This document shows positions 10,014 to 20,709 of a stretch of 57,712 nt of DNA, one piece after another. The number at the start of each line of letters is the position of its first letter. The first letter of the stretch is position 1. The DNA is from an uncultured Candidatus Binatia bacterium. GTDB lineage: Bacteria; Desulfobacterota; Binatia; UBA9968; JAJDTQ01. Below the pieces are notes generated by a model that was given only the letters and a program-made list of their open reading frames with translations, ran no database searches and was not told where the DNA came from. The stretch spans positions 1 to 57,712 of the forward strand of contig CBDCAF010000020.1 of assembly GCA_965213675.1 (NCBI GenBank), written 5' to 3'. A program made the position numbers and the translations under genes.

Positions 10014-12158
10014 CTATCGCTCCCCCGCGCGGGCGCTCGCGGGATCGTCGGGCGCGGGCCGTTGTCCGAACACTGCGGTGTTCAACTCCGCAATCAGCCG
10101 GCCGAGCGACTGTTCCCCGCCGAACACCCGCCGGGCCTGATCGTAGCCGCCGAGGGCTGCAAATGGGTGCTCGTCGAAGACCCATTCGCCGAAAGTATCC
10201 ATGTTCATCGCGTCGGCCCGTACTCGGCTTCCGATCAGGCCCGCCCAGCGAACCTGTTCCGCATCGAACTCGTCTTGCTTCCCCCGCCATGCCTCGAAAC
10301 GCATGCCGATCTCGTCGGCGCGTGCCTGGTGCTCGGGCGTGCGCATGATGCGGCCGGTGTCGTCCAGGGTGAGCCAATCCCGGCTCTCCGGGTCGATGTG
10401 GTCGTCCACGTCGAGGGTAAACAGCATGCGAGGCTTATCTGGTCCTGGCGGTCCACCGCCGTCGCGCACCAAGCCGCCCCCGATGTCCCTTTCGTCGTCG
10501 CCGTGGAAGTCCGTCACGCCGACGAAATCGAAGATCGTGAACCTGGTCTTCAGGATGTGCGGCGCCTTGCGCGTGCCGCGCCCGCGCATCTGGCGGTAGA
10601 GAATGGCGCTTCGCGTGAACCGCGCCATGACAAGGTTGACGGCCTCCGGACAATCGAATCCGGTGTCAAGCATGTTCACGCTGACGAGTATCTTCGGATA
10701 GTCCTCCTCCTTGAAGCGCTTGACGATAGCGCTCGCATCGGGCGCCGGACCGCCGCCGACATCGCTGACTACGAAGTCCGCATAGCGCGTGGCCGGGTGG
10801 GGCTTCAGGTCCGCGAAATGCTCGTCGAACATCTCCGCCAGCGTCTCGGCATGGCGCCGGGTCACCGCGAACACGATGGTCTTGCCCCATGCGGGCCAGC
10901 GCCTGACACCGTCCCGGCCCATGAAGCCCTTCTCGTGGGCGTCGCGGAACTCCCGGACGATGGCGCGGTTGCGCTCGGGGATCGTGAACTGGCGCTCAAG
11001 CGCCCGTGGGTCCACCGTGATCGTGTCCGAAGAGTCGAAAAGTTCCTCCAACTCGCCGCGCGTCCGCTGGTCCATGGCGCTCCAGTCGAGTTCGTCTCGT
11101 CTCACGTCGAACCCGTCCCCGGCGGCGGTCTTCACCGTCATCGCCTTGTAGATGCGATAGGGCACGAGATGGCGCTCCTCGATGGCCCGCCGTAAGGTGT
11201 ACCGGAATGTGGGCTCGAGGAGTTCGAAGAAGCGCAGCGTGTCGCGCACGAACTGCCCGTCCTCGGGATCGGGAATTGCATCCGCGTCCGTGGTGCAGGG
11301 AGTGGCCGTGAGGCCGAGCTGGATGCTGTCGAAGTGTCGCAGCACACCGCTCCACTTGCCGTAGATCGAGCGGTGGCATTCGTCGGTGATGACGAGGTCG
11401 AAGTACCCCGGCGAGAGGTCGCGGTACTCCGCGATCATGGTTTGCAGCGTCGCGATCGTGATGCGCTTGGCGCGGTCAAAGCCCCGGCCGGGACGCAGTA
11501 CGTGGCAGGGATAGTCCCGGAGATGGTCGGTGAACGCGTCCTCGGCTTGGCGGGCCAAGGCGATCCTATCAACGAGGAACAGGACGCGGGTGACGATGCC
11601 CGCCTCGAACAGCCGCTTGATGAAGGCCGCCGCCGTGCGGGTCTTGCCGGTCCCCGTCGCCATCTCGACCAGCAGTCGGCGCCGCCCGCGCGTGACTTCG
11701 GCAGACAGCGTTTCGACGCAGTCGATCTGATAGTCGCGGTCGACGATTTTCCGGTCGATGGCCACAGTCGACAATTCACGCCGGACCCGGCGCGCCGCGA
11801 TCCGCCGTTCGAGGTCGTCCTGGGCATAGAAGCCCGCGATCTTGCGCGCGTGGGCGTCCGTTTCCCCATCGAGGAACCGTACTTCTTCGCCGTTCGACAG
11901 AAAGACGAACGGCACCCCGAGCTGTCTCGCGTAGTGCCGGCCTTGGTCCTGCGCCGCGACGGGATCGATGCTCGCGCGCTTGGCCTCAAGCGCGGCCATC
12001 GGCCGGCCCTGCCGGTCGCAGAGGACGTAGTCGGCCTGCGTCCCGTCCGGCAACGCGTGTTCCAAGAGGACGCTTGAGCCGTCGGTGAGGTTCCAGCCGG
12101 CATCCTCGAGCAGGGCGTCGATCTTGACGCGTGCAAAGGCTTCGGTCGTACCGCTCAT
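10014..12158 (-). CDS. hsdR: Type I R-M restriction subunit (compact, EcoEI-like)
   Basis: ADYVL...EAKR nuclease; MATGTGKT, DECH, TATP, QMRGRGTR helicase motifs. Confidence 0.9.
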   Translation of the reverse strand: MSGTTEAFARVKIDALLEDAGWNLTDGSSVLLEHALPDGTQADYVLCDRQGRPMAALEAKRASIDPVAAQDQGRHYARQLGVPFVFLSNGEEVRFLDGETDAHARKIAGFYAQDDLERRIAARRVRRELSTVAIDRKIVDRDYQIDCVETLSAEVTRGRRRLLVEMATGTGKTRTAAAFIKRLFEAGIVTRVLFLVDRIALARQAEDAFTDHLRDYPCHVLRPGRGFDRAKRITIATLQTMIAEYRDLSPGYFDLVITDECHRSIYGKWSGVLRHFDSIQLGLTATPCTTDADAIPDPEDGQFVRDTLRFFELLEPTFRYTLRRAIEERHLVPYRIYKAMTVKTAAGDGFDVRRDELDWSAMDQRTRGELEELFDSSDTITVDPRALERQFTIPERNRAIVREFRDAHEKGFMGRDGVRRWPAWGKTIVFAVTRRHAETLAEMFDEHFADLKPHPATRYADFVVSDVGGGPAPDASAIVKRFKEEDYPKILVSVNMLDTGFDCPEAVNLVMARFTRSAILYRQMRGRGTRKAPHILKTRFTIFDFVGVTDFHGDDERDIGGGLVRDGGGPPGPDKPRMLFTLDVDDHIDPESRDWLTLDDTGRIMRTPEHQARADEIGMRFEAWRGKQDEFDAEQVRWAGLIGSRVRADAMNMDTFGEWVFDEHPFAALGGYDQARRVFGGEQSLGRLIAELNTAVFGQRPAPDDPASARAGER

Positions 12159-12577
12159 GCCACCGCCCAGGGATCGACGAGTTCGACTTCCGTACCTTCG
12201 AAATCCCGTACGTTGCGCGTCACCAGGACAGCCCCACGGTACTGCGATATGGCGGCAATCTGACAGTCGGCCTCACCGATCGGCCGGCCGACCCGGCGAC
12301 GGCCGGATGCGATCTCCGCATAGGCTCGAGCCGCGGCGCTGTCGAACGGCAGAATCCGTTGCGTGAACCCAAGGCCGAGCCACTCGCGCATGGTGGCTTC
12401 CAGTGTGTTTCGTCGCTTGCCGGCCGGCATGATCGCCACGCCGTACAGCAGTTCCGCTTCGCTCACGGCCGTCAGATACATCGCCTCCGCGTCCTGCTCG
12501 GCAATCCACGCCGCCACGGCGGGATTCGGCGCAGGGCGCATGAGTTCGGACGCGACATTGGTGTCTATGACGAACAT
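12155..12577 (-). CDS. vapC: PIN-domain toxin (VapC/FitB)
   Basis: IDTNVASE, EAEL, DCQIAA, TRNVRDF; stop overlaps hsdR start (ATGA). Confidence 0.93.
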   Translation of the reverse strand: MFVIDTNVASELMRPAPNPAVAAWIAEQDAEAMYLTAVSEAELLYGVAIMPAGKRRNTLEATMREWLGLGFTQRILPFDSAAARAYAEIASGRRRVGRPIGEADCQIAAISQYRGAVLVTRNVRDFEGTEVELVDPWAVA

Positions 12578-12586
12578 CCCAAGCGT

Positions 12587-12838
12587 TCAGGAGAAGTCCA
12601 AAGGCTCACGCATCGGACCGCGCGGAGGAAGTTCGAGTTCGACGCCGCCAAGGGGCGCGAAGCATTCGCGGGTGAACTTCGCCAGATCCCGGGGACCGGC
12701 CCGCCCGCCGTTCACCGCGTCACGCAGGATGATGCGGACCTCTTCCTCCATGGAGCGGTGGTGCTCGGCCGCGCGCACGCGCAGGCGCGTCTTCACCTCG
12801 TCGTCGAGATTGCGAATCGTGATGCTTGCCATGGTCAT
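12587..12838 (-). CDS. fitA: RHH antitoxin (FitA-like)
   Basis: MASITIRNLDDEVKTRLRVRAAEHHRSMEEEVRIIL. Confidence 0.9.
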   Translation of the reverse strand: MTMASITIRNLDDEVKTRLRVRAAEHHRSMEEEVRIILRDAVNGGRAGPRDLAKFTRECFAPLGGVELELPPRGPMREPLDFS

Positions 12839-12853
12839 CCTCCCATGGTTGTC

Positions 12854-12882
12854 AATCTAAGCGGGGATTGCGATGCAATCAA
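12854..12882 (-). promoter_or_regulatory. Sigma70-type promoter with overlapping operator palindrome
   Basis: Minus strand TTGATT-17 bp-TAGATT; GATTGC-N3-GCAATC palindrome at 12866-12880. Confidence 0.65.
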
Positions 12883-13671
12883 GATGCTGTGCATGTGCTC
12901 ACACCTTTCCTCATAGCCGTAAGGACTATAATTCGACTCGGAGAGGCTAATCTGCCCTTGCGATGGATGTGTCTTTTCGCCCATCGACATCTGTCCTACG
13001 GCCGCCTCCAGAGATCCCTCAGGTCGTCCCACGCGTGGGCCGTGCCTAATGCTCCCGTGCCGGATCTTCGTCCACCAAGCGTAGCGCCGCACGCTACGCG
13101 TCGCCAACAAGCCGACGTCATCTCCGGTTCCTCGCGACTATGGACGACCGCGCTTCCACTGACCAAGTCTTTACAGTCTTAGCCAGCCGATGGCTGGTGC
13201 CGTGCCCGGTGGCGTCGCGCACTTCGCCGTCGACCGGAGCATCGGCGCTCGTACCGGGCACGCGGCCACCCGCCGCAGCGCCGCTCTGATCACCAAGAAC
13301 TTCGCTCCCGCTGGACACGTCCGCACCGTTCGCTTCGGTGGGTGCCGGAACAAGTGCTACGCGGTCATTGCCGCCGACGTCGACGATTGAGCCTGCACAG
13401 CCGCCGACACCTCATCCGGCAGAACTCTAGACCCCGGTGCATACATTCTCGCCAGCCATCATAGCACTCGCGTCGACATCAAGACCGACAGCGTGCCGGA
13501 GTCCGCCCTTGTCGAGCGCTCTTACGGCACCGCAACAATCTTTGCACCACGACACGCCGCCCCGCTCAATCGCCACGGCGGCTTTGCCTTGCAGAACGTC
13601 CCTGCAATCTTCCCCGACATCGTGGCTGTACGCCGATGCCGCGTGGACGGCCTGACGGCCGTTAGCTACCT

Positions 13672-13908
13672 TCACACCCGCCTCACTGCCCATACAACCT
13701 TGCCGAGGATGTGCGCGTCCTGGACGAGGCACGAATACGGAGCATAGTCCGGGTTGGCGGAGATGAGCCTGAGGCGGGGCGGCTCGTTCCCGTCGTCGTC
13801 GGCGCCATGCAGGACCTCGACGTGTTTGGCGATGAGGCAGGCCGGACGGGCAGTCGAAGAAGGGCGGTGTGGGGCGATTCTCGACAAGCCGGTTCCGGCA
13901 AGGTTCAT
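13672..13908 (-). pseudogene. S24 peptidase (CI/LexA-like repressor) C-terminal remnant
   Basis: IAKHVE...RLISANPDYAPY...HILGKVVW; no HTH or catalytic Ser region; ATG overlaps the upstream stop. Confidence 0.7.
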
Positions 13909-14285
13909 TCGGGCGGGCTGTTTTTGAGCGTATTCTGAAGCTTGCGGGCTTCGTCGACCAGTTGTTCGAGTCGCTCGCGGTCTCCATTGTCGATCATGTC
14001 GCCGCGTATTTTGGTTGCCATGATGTAAGCGTAACGAAAGGTGCGCTCGATCAGGGGCACGAGATGGGCGGGCAAGGAGAAGGAAGCGGGGTCCTCCCGG
14101 TTTCGGACGAGGTCGAGAATCTTCTTCCGTACGAACTCGGCGGGCGTGATGTCATGGGATTGTGCGGCTTCTCGCACCTCCTTCCATTCGGAGTCGGAGA
14201 AGCGGACGCCGCGGTTCTTGCGTGCGGCATCGTGTTGCTGATCCCGGGCGTCGCCGGTTTCGGGGTCGGGGTGGTTGGCGGTCAT
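13905..14285 (-). CDS. Ribbon-helix-helix protein (relaxosome accessory, MobC/TrwA-like)
   Basis: RGVRFSDSEWKEVREAAQSHDITPAEFVR; transcribed away from the oriT-like site. Confidence 0.7.
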   Translation of the reverse strand: MTANHPDPETGDARDQQHDAARKNRGVRFSDSEWKEVREAAQSHDITPAEFVRKKILDLVRNREDPASFSLPAHLVPLIERTFRYAYIMATKIRGDMIDNGDRERLEQLVDEARKLQNTLKNSPPE

Positions 14286-14526
14286 GTCAATGCTTTGGGG
14301 CCTGGTGGCGGATCGACTTTAGGCTCGTGGGGTGCGGACGCGGTGTGTAGTGGGGGACCGGGATCGAGCGTTCGCAACTCTTTTTTGCTACCAGATCGGC
14401 GAGTTCATGGCGAACTCGAAGCGGTTTTGGTTCGCCAGTGATCCTGTAGAGAAGCGATGGGATGGCTGGGACGGGGAGGATTTTCGGGCGGAACGGCGCG
14501 GGAGTGAGCCAGCGGAGGGGAGGATA

Positions 14527-14645
14527 AGCGTGTAACGATCGTGGAGCGCGGCATTGTGTCGGTGTAACGGCGGTGGAGCGAGCGTGTAACGGTAGCGACA
14601 GCAGGCGCCAGGGCTGCGCGGCGGCGCAACGGTAGTCGTGTTACA
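14527..14645 (+). repeat. GTGTAACG direct repeats (x3) plus one inverted TGTAAC
   Basis: Copies at 14530, 14562 and 14584; inverted copy near 14640. Confidence 0.7.
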
Positions 14646-14736
14646 GGGAGCAACCACTCGGTCCAACAAGAGGCAGGCGGACAAAGGCGCCACTTGTACC
14701 TGAAAGGGCACGGCATTCGCATCAATGGCACAACCA

Positions 14737-14760
14737 GCATCGGAGGTGCGTGGGGTGTGA
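14737..14760 (+). other. oriT: MOBF-type origin of transfer (nic region)
   Basis: GCATC-GGA-GGTGC hairpin runs into TGCGTGGGGTGTG, matching the F-plasmid nic core as recalled. Confidence 0.65.
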
Positions 14761-15338
14761 GAACTTAACGCCGCAAGGCGTAAGTACACGCCGGCATCGC
14801 GCTCGATCGCACCGGGACGAACAAGCAGCGGGATTACCGACGGTTAGCCCAAGCGGCGCTTGAGCGTCAGGTCGGCCGCGCATGCAATGAAGCGGTTCTG
14901 AAGCCGTTGCGCAACTTCAAGGCGTCAGCATAGGAAGCGCGAATTGACAAGGCAATGCCTGAGGGAACGACACGCGGTGGCGACACTGACTTGACCCGTA
15001 CCGTCGGCGGTAGTGCGGGCTCAGTCGTCATCGTCTGCGGCGGCGACTGCTGCACCCGTTCCAGCACGACCGAAGCGGTTGGCGCCGACGTTGGCAGTCG
15101 GGACCGCAGTCGTCAACGCGGAGAGCGGGGCGGCAATGAGGTGACAGCTCGCCCGGGCGCAAGCCCGGTTGTTCTGGTAAGGGTTCGGATGCATGGCGTC
15201 TGCGGGAATGCCACAAGCGGCGGCGAAGGCGTTTCGGACAATGCCGGTGGGCGATCATTCGGGGACGAGCACGGCTCATTGCCGCGCGCCGCGTGCAGCG
15301 CTATGGTTTGACGGGATGAAGATCCGGCGCTAGGGTGG

Positions 15339-16397
15339 TTGGAGGCCCTGGAATTGGAGCGTTCACGGGATTTCTTTGACAGGGTCGAGGCGCGGCCGCT
15401 CACAGACGAGCAGCGCCGAGCGGTGGTCGTCGATGAGGGCCGAAACTTGGTCGTTGCGGCGGCCGGTAGCGGCAAGACCTCCGTGATTGTCGCGAAGGCC
15501 GGCTGGCTTCTTCATCGGGGGTTCCGGCGCCCGTCGGACCTGGTGCTCCTGGCCTTCGCCAGAGATGCCCGGACGGAGATGGAGCAGCGAGTCCGCAGGC
15601 GTCTTGGTGAAGAAACGGCCCGTGATATCGCGGTTCGCACTTTCCACGGTCTGGGCATGTCGATCATCGGCGAGGTCGAGGGCAAGCGTCCCACCCTGGC
15701 CAAGGTGGCCGAGGACGACAAGGCTCTGTACGACTTGCTGAAGCGCATCGTTGGCGACCTGCTGGCCGATTGGGGGTTCTCCCGTATCCTGTTGAAGTGG
15801 TTCCAGGATCGATTCGCTCCGTACAAGAGCGAGCATGAGTTTCAGAGCTGGGGCGAGTATTGGAACTATGTTCGGCGTCACGAGATCCGTTCCTTGAAAG
15901 GAGAGAAGGTCAAGAGCTTCGAGGAGTGCGAGATCGCCAACTTCCTCTATCTCAACGGCGTGCCCTACGAGTATGAACGCGCCTACGAGCACGACACCGC
16001 GACGCCTGACAGGCGGCAATACCAGCCCGATTTCTATCTTGCCGAGGCGGGTATCTATATCGAGCACTTCGCGCTCGACGCGAAGGGGGATACCCCGCCC
16101 TTTATCGACAAGAAAGAGTATCTGCGGTCGATGGACTGGAAGCGGCAGCTTCACGCCGCGCACGGCACCACCCTCATCGAGACCTACAGCCACGAATGCG
16201 CCGCTGGGGAGTTGACGGAGAAGCTTGCCAAAAAGCTGGCAGCCCATGGCGTCACCTTGTCTCCGATCCCTTCCGACGAGGTGTTCGCGAACTTCCTGAT
16301 TTGTCACTACTGCCAGGACCGCCTTGCTGGGGTTGATCCCGTGACGATTCCCGGCAAACTGCGCGGCACAGCAGTGGAGGAGGACCGTCGCTCATGA
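15339..16397 (+). pseudogene. Truncated UvrD/HelD (helicase IV-like) fragment
   Basis: LTDEQRRAV, AAAGSGKT, RTFH, VKSFEEC, YQPDF; lacks Walker B and C-terminal helicase half. Confidence 0.75.
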
Positions 16398-18082
16398 TGA
16401 TGAGAATACCGGCACCGGCGATTGGGCTGCTTCTCGCGATGGCGGCGACATGCGCCTTCGCGACACAGGCAGGAGGCGCAACGTTGGAGATCGTCGCCCG
16501 TGAGCCCAGGCTCCTGTGGACCGCGAAAGGGGAATTCGTGCCACGGCCTTTCCCGATCTCGTACCGGTACTTGGGGGGCGAGCATCATCGCATCGAGTTG
16601 ATCCTGAACCGGGATCGATTCCACCTCAACGGCGTGGACCCTGACCATGTCCTCGCGCCAAGTGATGATTCGCTCGATCAAGGCCGCCGCGCTGTGCAGT
16701 TTTACCGCGTGTTGTACGAGGATCTTCCGGACGTTGAACTGTATGCCCTGGCAACATCTGCGAGCGTGGCCAATGCGTACTACCACTACTTTCTCCGGGA
16801 GGACGGCGACCGGTTCCGCCATTTGGGCCATTTCGCAGATCTCTCTTATGGCCCTGCGCGTCAAGTCTTCGTGGGCAAGGAGCGGTTTGGTCCAAGGGAC
16901 TACGGTTCTTCCACTTACCGGCTCCATGAAGATGGTCGAAGCCTGCTCGTCAAGGTCGTCGGGGCGGCCGCAGGCATGGGCTGGGCGTGCTCCCAGGAAA
17001 ACGATGCCGCAGGAACGATCCAGGGAGAGTGCTTGGCAAGAGGCCGTTTTGTCGCTTCAGGGAAAGAGACGGAGTTGCGCATAGGACTTGGCGCATACGG
17101 TCTCCAGTCGCATGTCGTCCTCGAACTCGACGACGTAAAGGGACGCCCGGTATCCGTGCTTTGTTACGACGGTTATGCCGAAGGGGAGTCTTGCCCCGCG
17201 AGTGAAGAAGGACAGGCGCGGTTGCACCCATACGGGTTCTCCTGGGAGTTCGGTGACTCCGTGGACTTGCCGGGCATATGCCGTGACGCCGTTTCAGGAC
17301 GGGATCACCTCGTTTTCCGGGGCCGCACCGGCGGGTCAAAGGCCGGCGCGTACTATCTGGTTTTCTCGTTCGACCCTGAATCGCGGCGGTTGAGGCTTGA
17401 ACACGTACGCTCCAACTCGTCCTACGCGATGGGGCCTGCCGCTGGGTTCGCAGAATCGGGAACCTGTAATTGGCGCGAATCGAAGGATGCCGAAGCGGCA
17501 ATCGGCGAGGCGATGTCACGGCTGCCGGTTCGCGACCGGCAGGAGAGGTCCGCAAAAGCCGATTCCTGGGAGATGCCCGTCCGCGAAGTTCCCAACCACG
17601 TCGCGCGGGATATGCTGCTTGCCCTTTCCGAGGGGACCACGTGGAATTTCGTGACGTTCCAGGGGGCCAATTATCCCTCCGTGGAACACCGTGACACCTG
17701 GCGCGTGATCCAGGTGCAGACGTGGGGCGGACATTGCGAAGATGCGCCCGGCGTTGTCCTCCTTCACGATCGACGCCGCGACCGTTGGTGGTCGATTTAC
17801 GACACACGGTTTGATTGCCGGCAGATGTATACTCTGGAGGACATGGTGGTGAGCGATGATTTCCTGTTTGCGCGGATGTGCCGAGCGTGCCAGTGGGACG
17901 CGAACCCTGAACTGACGGACGTCGCAAGAGTGGAACTGTCTTCGCTTGGTGATGGCGATGGCAAGCGTGTGCCCGTCTCCAGAATCGACCGGGACGAGAC
18001 CCCAGCGTCGTTTGTGGATGCAACACGAAATCATCTGAGGCATGATATGATAAGGGCGGAGGTTCGTGGGCAGGGGGAGTAG
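16394..18082 (+). CDS. Secreted hypothetical protein, Cys/aromatic-rich, probably multidomain
   Basis: Hydrophobic signal peptide; long ORF; RBS GGAGGA. Confidence 0.7.
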   Translation: MMMRIPAPAIGLLLAMAATCAFATQAGGATLEIVAREPRLLWTAKGEFVPRPFPISYRYLGGEHHRIELILNRDRFHLNGVDPDHVLAPSDDSLDQGRRAVQFYRVLYEDLPDVELYALATSASVANAYYHYFLREDGDRFRHLGHFADLSYGPARQVFVGKERFGPRDYGSSTYRLHEDGRSLLVKVVGAAAGMGWACSQENDAAGTIQGECLARGRFVASGKETELRIGLGAYGLQSHVVLELDDVKGRPVSVLCYDGYAEGESCPASEEGQARLHPYGFSWEFGDSVDLPGICRDAVSGRDHLVFRGRTGGSKAGAYYLVFSFDPESRRLRLEHVRSNSSYAMGPAAGFAESGTCNWRESKDAEAAIGEAMSRLPVRDRQERSAKADSWEMPVREVPNHVARDMLLALSEGTTWNFVTFQGANYPSVEHRDTWRVIQVQTWGGHCEDAPGVVLLHDRRRDRWWSIYDTRFDCRQMYTLEDMVVSDDFLFARMCRACQWDANPELTDVARVELSSLGDGDGKRVPVSRIDRDETPASFVDATRNHLRHDMIRAEVRGQGE

Positions 18083-18274
18083 TCCACGGCAGGATCCGAT
18101 GGTCAACGAGCTCCTCGTTGAAGCGGAAGGCGGCGCCACGGCTATCGTCACAGGCGTATGTTATGCTGCCGCCAGGCTGCTTCCTCGAGGGAACCGGGCC
18201 CCGATCTCGGATGAAAGGAGACGGAATGGCTACGGACGCTCCAGTGCAGCTATTGTATTGTAGAGGCTCTGGGG

Positions 18275-18778
18275 TTGCCGGAGCCGGACATCACCGAGGT
18301 CCTCTCCGAGCGCGACGGCGTGCTGGCGTTGCGCCGCCGCACTGGACCACGGCACCGCGGCGGGCGAACACTTCGAGGGACCGGTGAGGGTGCCGAAGGC
18401 GCGTGGCGGGTGGATCTGGACGCACGAGTCACCGTTCGCACCGGCACCGTCATGGAGCGTTCGCATATCCCGCTCCAAAAGTGGCTTTACGCCATGTATA
18501 TGCTGGTAACGTCCCGGAAGGGCATTTCCTCGGCGGAACTGCACACCAAGATCGGCATCATGCAAAAATCCGCCTGGTTCATGCTCCACCGGCTCCGCGA
18601 GGCTTGCCGCGACAAGGACAGCCCACTTTCCGGCATCGTGGAGATTGACGAGACCTACGTGGGCGGGAAGCAACGCAACAAACATGCGGACAAGAAAGTG
18701 GAAGGTCGTGGAACCGTGGGCATCCGCTCCCTCCTGCGCTCGAACCAGCTTAGCGCTGGCGCGACAATCTCCCGATAG
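18275..18778 (+). pseudogene. IS1595-family transposase fragment
   Basis: VRTGTVMERSHIPLQKW, KGISS, KSAWFMLHRLR, VEIDETYVGG; C-terminal half absent. Confidence 0.85.
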
Positions 18779-18969
18779 AACGCAATGACCAGAACTACGG
18801 CAGCTATGGACCACCAGACCCAAGGCGATATCTGTGGCCACATCACCTCTGCGCCCCTCTCCCCACAAAACAGGCCGAGTCCGACCGCCGGGAGCTTGAC
18901 CTTGCCCGATACCCGATTTTCGATAGGGAGTCAACTCAATAGTTCCCAACGTAATGGAGGCAACTTGCG

Positions 18970-19602
18970 ATGCCAATAATGAAAATGATGAAGCCCGCCG
19001 TCCTCATTCTAACAGGCTTGCTGCTTCTCGCGGCTCCGACGTGGGGTCAGTCCTACAAGGTGTCCGAGGAGAAACGAGAGCTTATTCGTCGGTTTAGTAA
19101 GAGCATATGCCAACTTGCCAAAAACAATGCCTTCGGTGCAATCAAAAGTATACTCAAGAAGGCCGGCGTGCGTTACTTGGGCGAGGAGATCACGATCGAG
19201 GAAGCCTACCCTTACATCAGGTGCAATGAGATGTTCGCCGACAATATCGACCTCTTTCGAGTCGTTGCAGAGAACCCTCAGCTCATCTCGTTCACCGTAA
19301 ACTTCATATTCCACTTTACGGAAGATGTCGCCGACAAGAGCCTTTTTGGGAAAATACTGCATTGCAGGAAGGATTTTGGTACGGGCTGTGTTGATGTGCT
19401 CGAGCATGTGGAGAAAAACAGAAAAAAAAGATCCAGCCACGCAAGCTTACGTAGAAAGTATGACAAGCTTTCGAAAATCCTCGTGTCGCAGTTGGCCCGG
19501 GTGGATCTTGGGAGCCGAGATCTACAATTTTGTCGGGAAGTTCTCGACGAACCTCCGCACTGCCAAGCGGAAGATGATACCAGGGGAGATCTGAACAAGT
19601 GA
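18970..19602 (+). CDS. Secreted Cys-containing helical protein, paralog A (C-terminus probably clipped by IS5 remnant)
   Basis: Signal peptide; clear similarity to 21694..22599; RBS GGAGG. Confidence 0.75.
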   Translation: MPIMKMMKPAVLILTGLLLLAAPTWGQSYKVSEEKRELIRRFSKSICQLAKNNAFGAIKSILKKAGVRYLGEEITIEEAYPYIRCNEMFADNIDLFRVVAENPQLISFTVNFIFHFTEDVADKSLFGKILHCRKDFGTGCVDVLEHVEKNRKKRSSHASLRRKYDKLSKILVSQLARVDLGSRDLQFCREVLDEPPHCQAEDDTRGDLNK

Positions 19603-19848
19603 CCTTTCTCATGTCATAATGGTGAAAATGGCAGAGGTTGGAGCGGGAAACGATGAAACAGGCGAGCTTCCCAGAGATGGAATATGATCGGAAGAAGCGG
19701 CGGACGCGGCGGGATGAGTTTTTGGAGAACATGGATGGACTGATGCCGTGGCGGCGTCTGGAGAAGCGGATAGAGCCATTTTACCCGAAAGCGGGCCGAG
19801 GACGACGGCCGTACCCGTTGGGAATGATGCTGCGGATGCTTTGTGTGA
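19584..19848 (+). mobile_element. IS5-group remnant (left end plus transposase N-terminus)
   Basis: GGGAGATCTGAACAAG resembles the IS5 TIR; MKQASF...RTRRDEFL...MPW...GRRPYPL. Confidence 0.8.
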
Positions 19849-19864
19849 TCCCTCATGGCGAGAT

Positions 19865-20322
19865 TCAACGAGGGGTCATCATAGGAAGCGGCCGGAGCGA
19901 TCCTAATGCGCCCCTCTCATAAAGTTCCTGCATATGACTGCGCTTGCCCAGCTTGATCAAGGCACGTCCAGGGTTGGGTAGTTTTATCTTGGCGGATGCT
20001 GGCAAATCGGGAGCTGTGGGTTTCACAAATGGAACCTCGCCATGGGCAGGCAGGCCGCGTTCACGTAGTTCATATTCTTCGAGGAGATGCATGAACAGGA
20101 TCATCCACCGCATGTTGGACGGGGGCACCGCACCTCCAATACCCCCACCTGTCTTTTGGGCGTCAGCGTCATTAGATTATTGAAGACGTCCTTGAATCGC
20201 TGATCTAGGGTATCATCGCTCGCACGATTCAAGTACCGCCTCTGGCGGTAGTCCCGTCGCCAGATCTCGTGATTCTGGAGCTGTGATTGTCGGGGCCGTG
20301 CCGGGCGTTCTGCTGTTACCAA
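19865..20322 (-). pseudogene. Frameshifted, truncated hypothetical protein
   Basis: Two overlapping protein-like ORFs (20101..20322, 19865..20128) abutting the IS5 remnant. Confidence 0.4.
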
Positions 20323-20463
20323 TCAGCGGTCGTCGCCGCGCTTGTTCCTGCGCTGCCGAAGCGTTGTATGGTCACGTTGCCGGGCGGTACCGAAATCGTC
20401 CATGAGGAGGACAGCGCTGCAACGCCGTTGCAGCGTGTTCGGCACAAGGTCATTCTCAAGGCA

Positions 20464-20700
20464 CTAAGGGTCAACCGGCTCGTCGAGGAATGCGCTTAGC
20501 CGCCGGGCGACCGCGTCCACGTCGGCAAGCTGACACTCCCATAGAGTTAGTCCTGTCCACCCGGTCGCCGTCAATTCGTCGAGTTGGTCTGTGTAGCGTT
20601 TGACGTTGCGTGCTATCTTGTCGTGCCAGTACTCGGCGTTGGTTTTCGGCAGGCGACTTCCATGCTTGCATGCGTGTCCATGCCAGAAACATCCGTTCAA
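20464..20700 (-). pseudogene. vsr: Second Vsr endonuclease, C-terminal half only
   Basis: NGCFWHGH...PKTNAEYW..KI.RN...GW...LWECQ. Confidence 0.85.
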
Positions 20701-20709
20701 CGGTGGGCA

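Noticed and set aside
13190-13670. Near-continuous plus-strand frame with one stop
   Set aside because: No recognisable motif; probably decayed sequence that I cannot assign
14527-14645. Possible CRISPR-like repeats
   Set aside because: Repeats are only 8-11 nt with irregular spacing, and no cas genes are present
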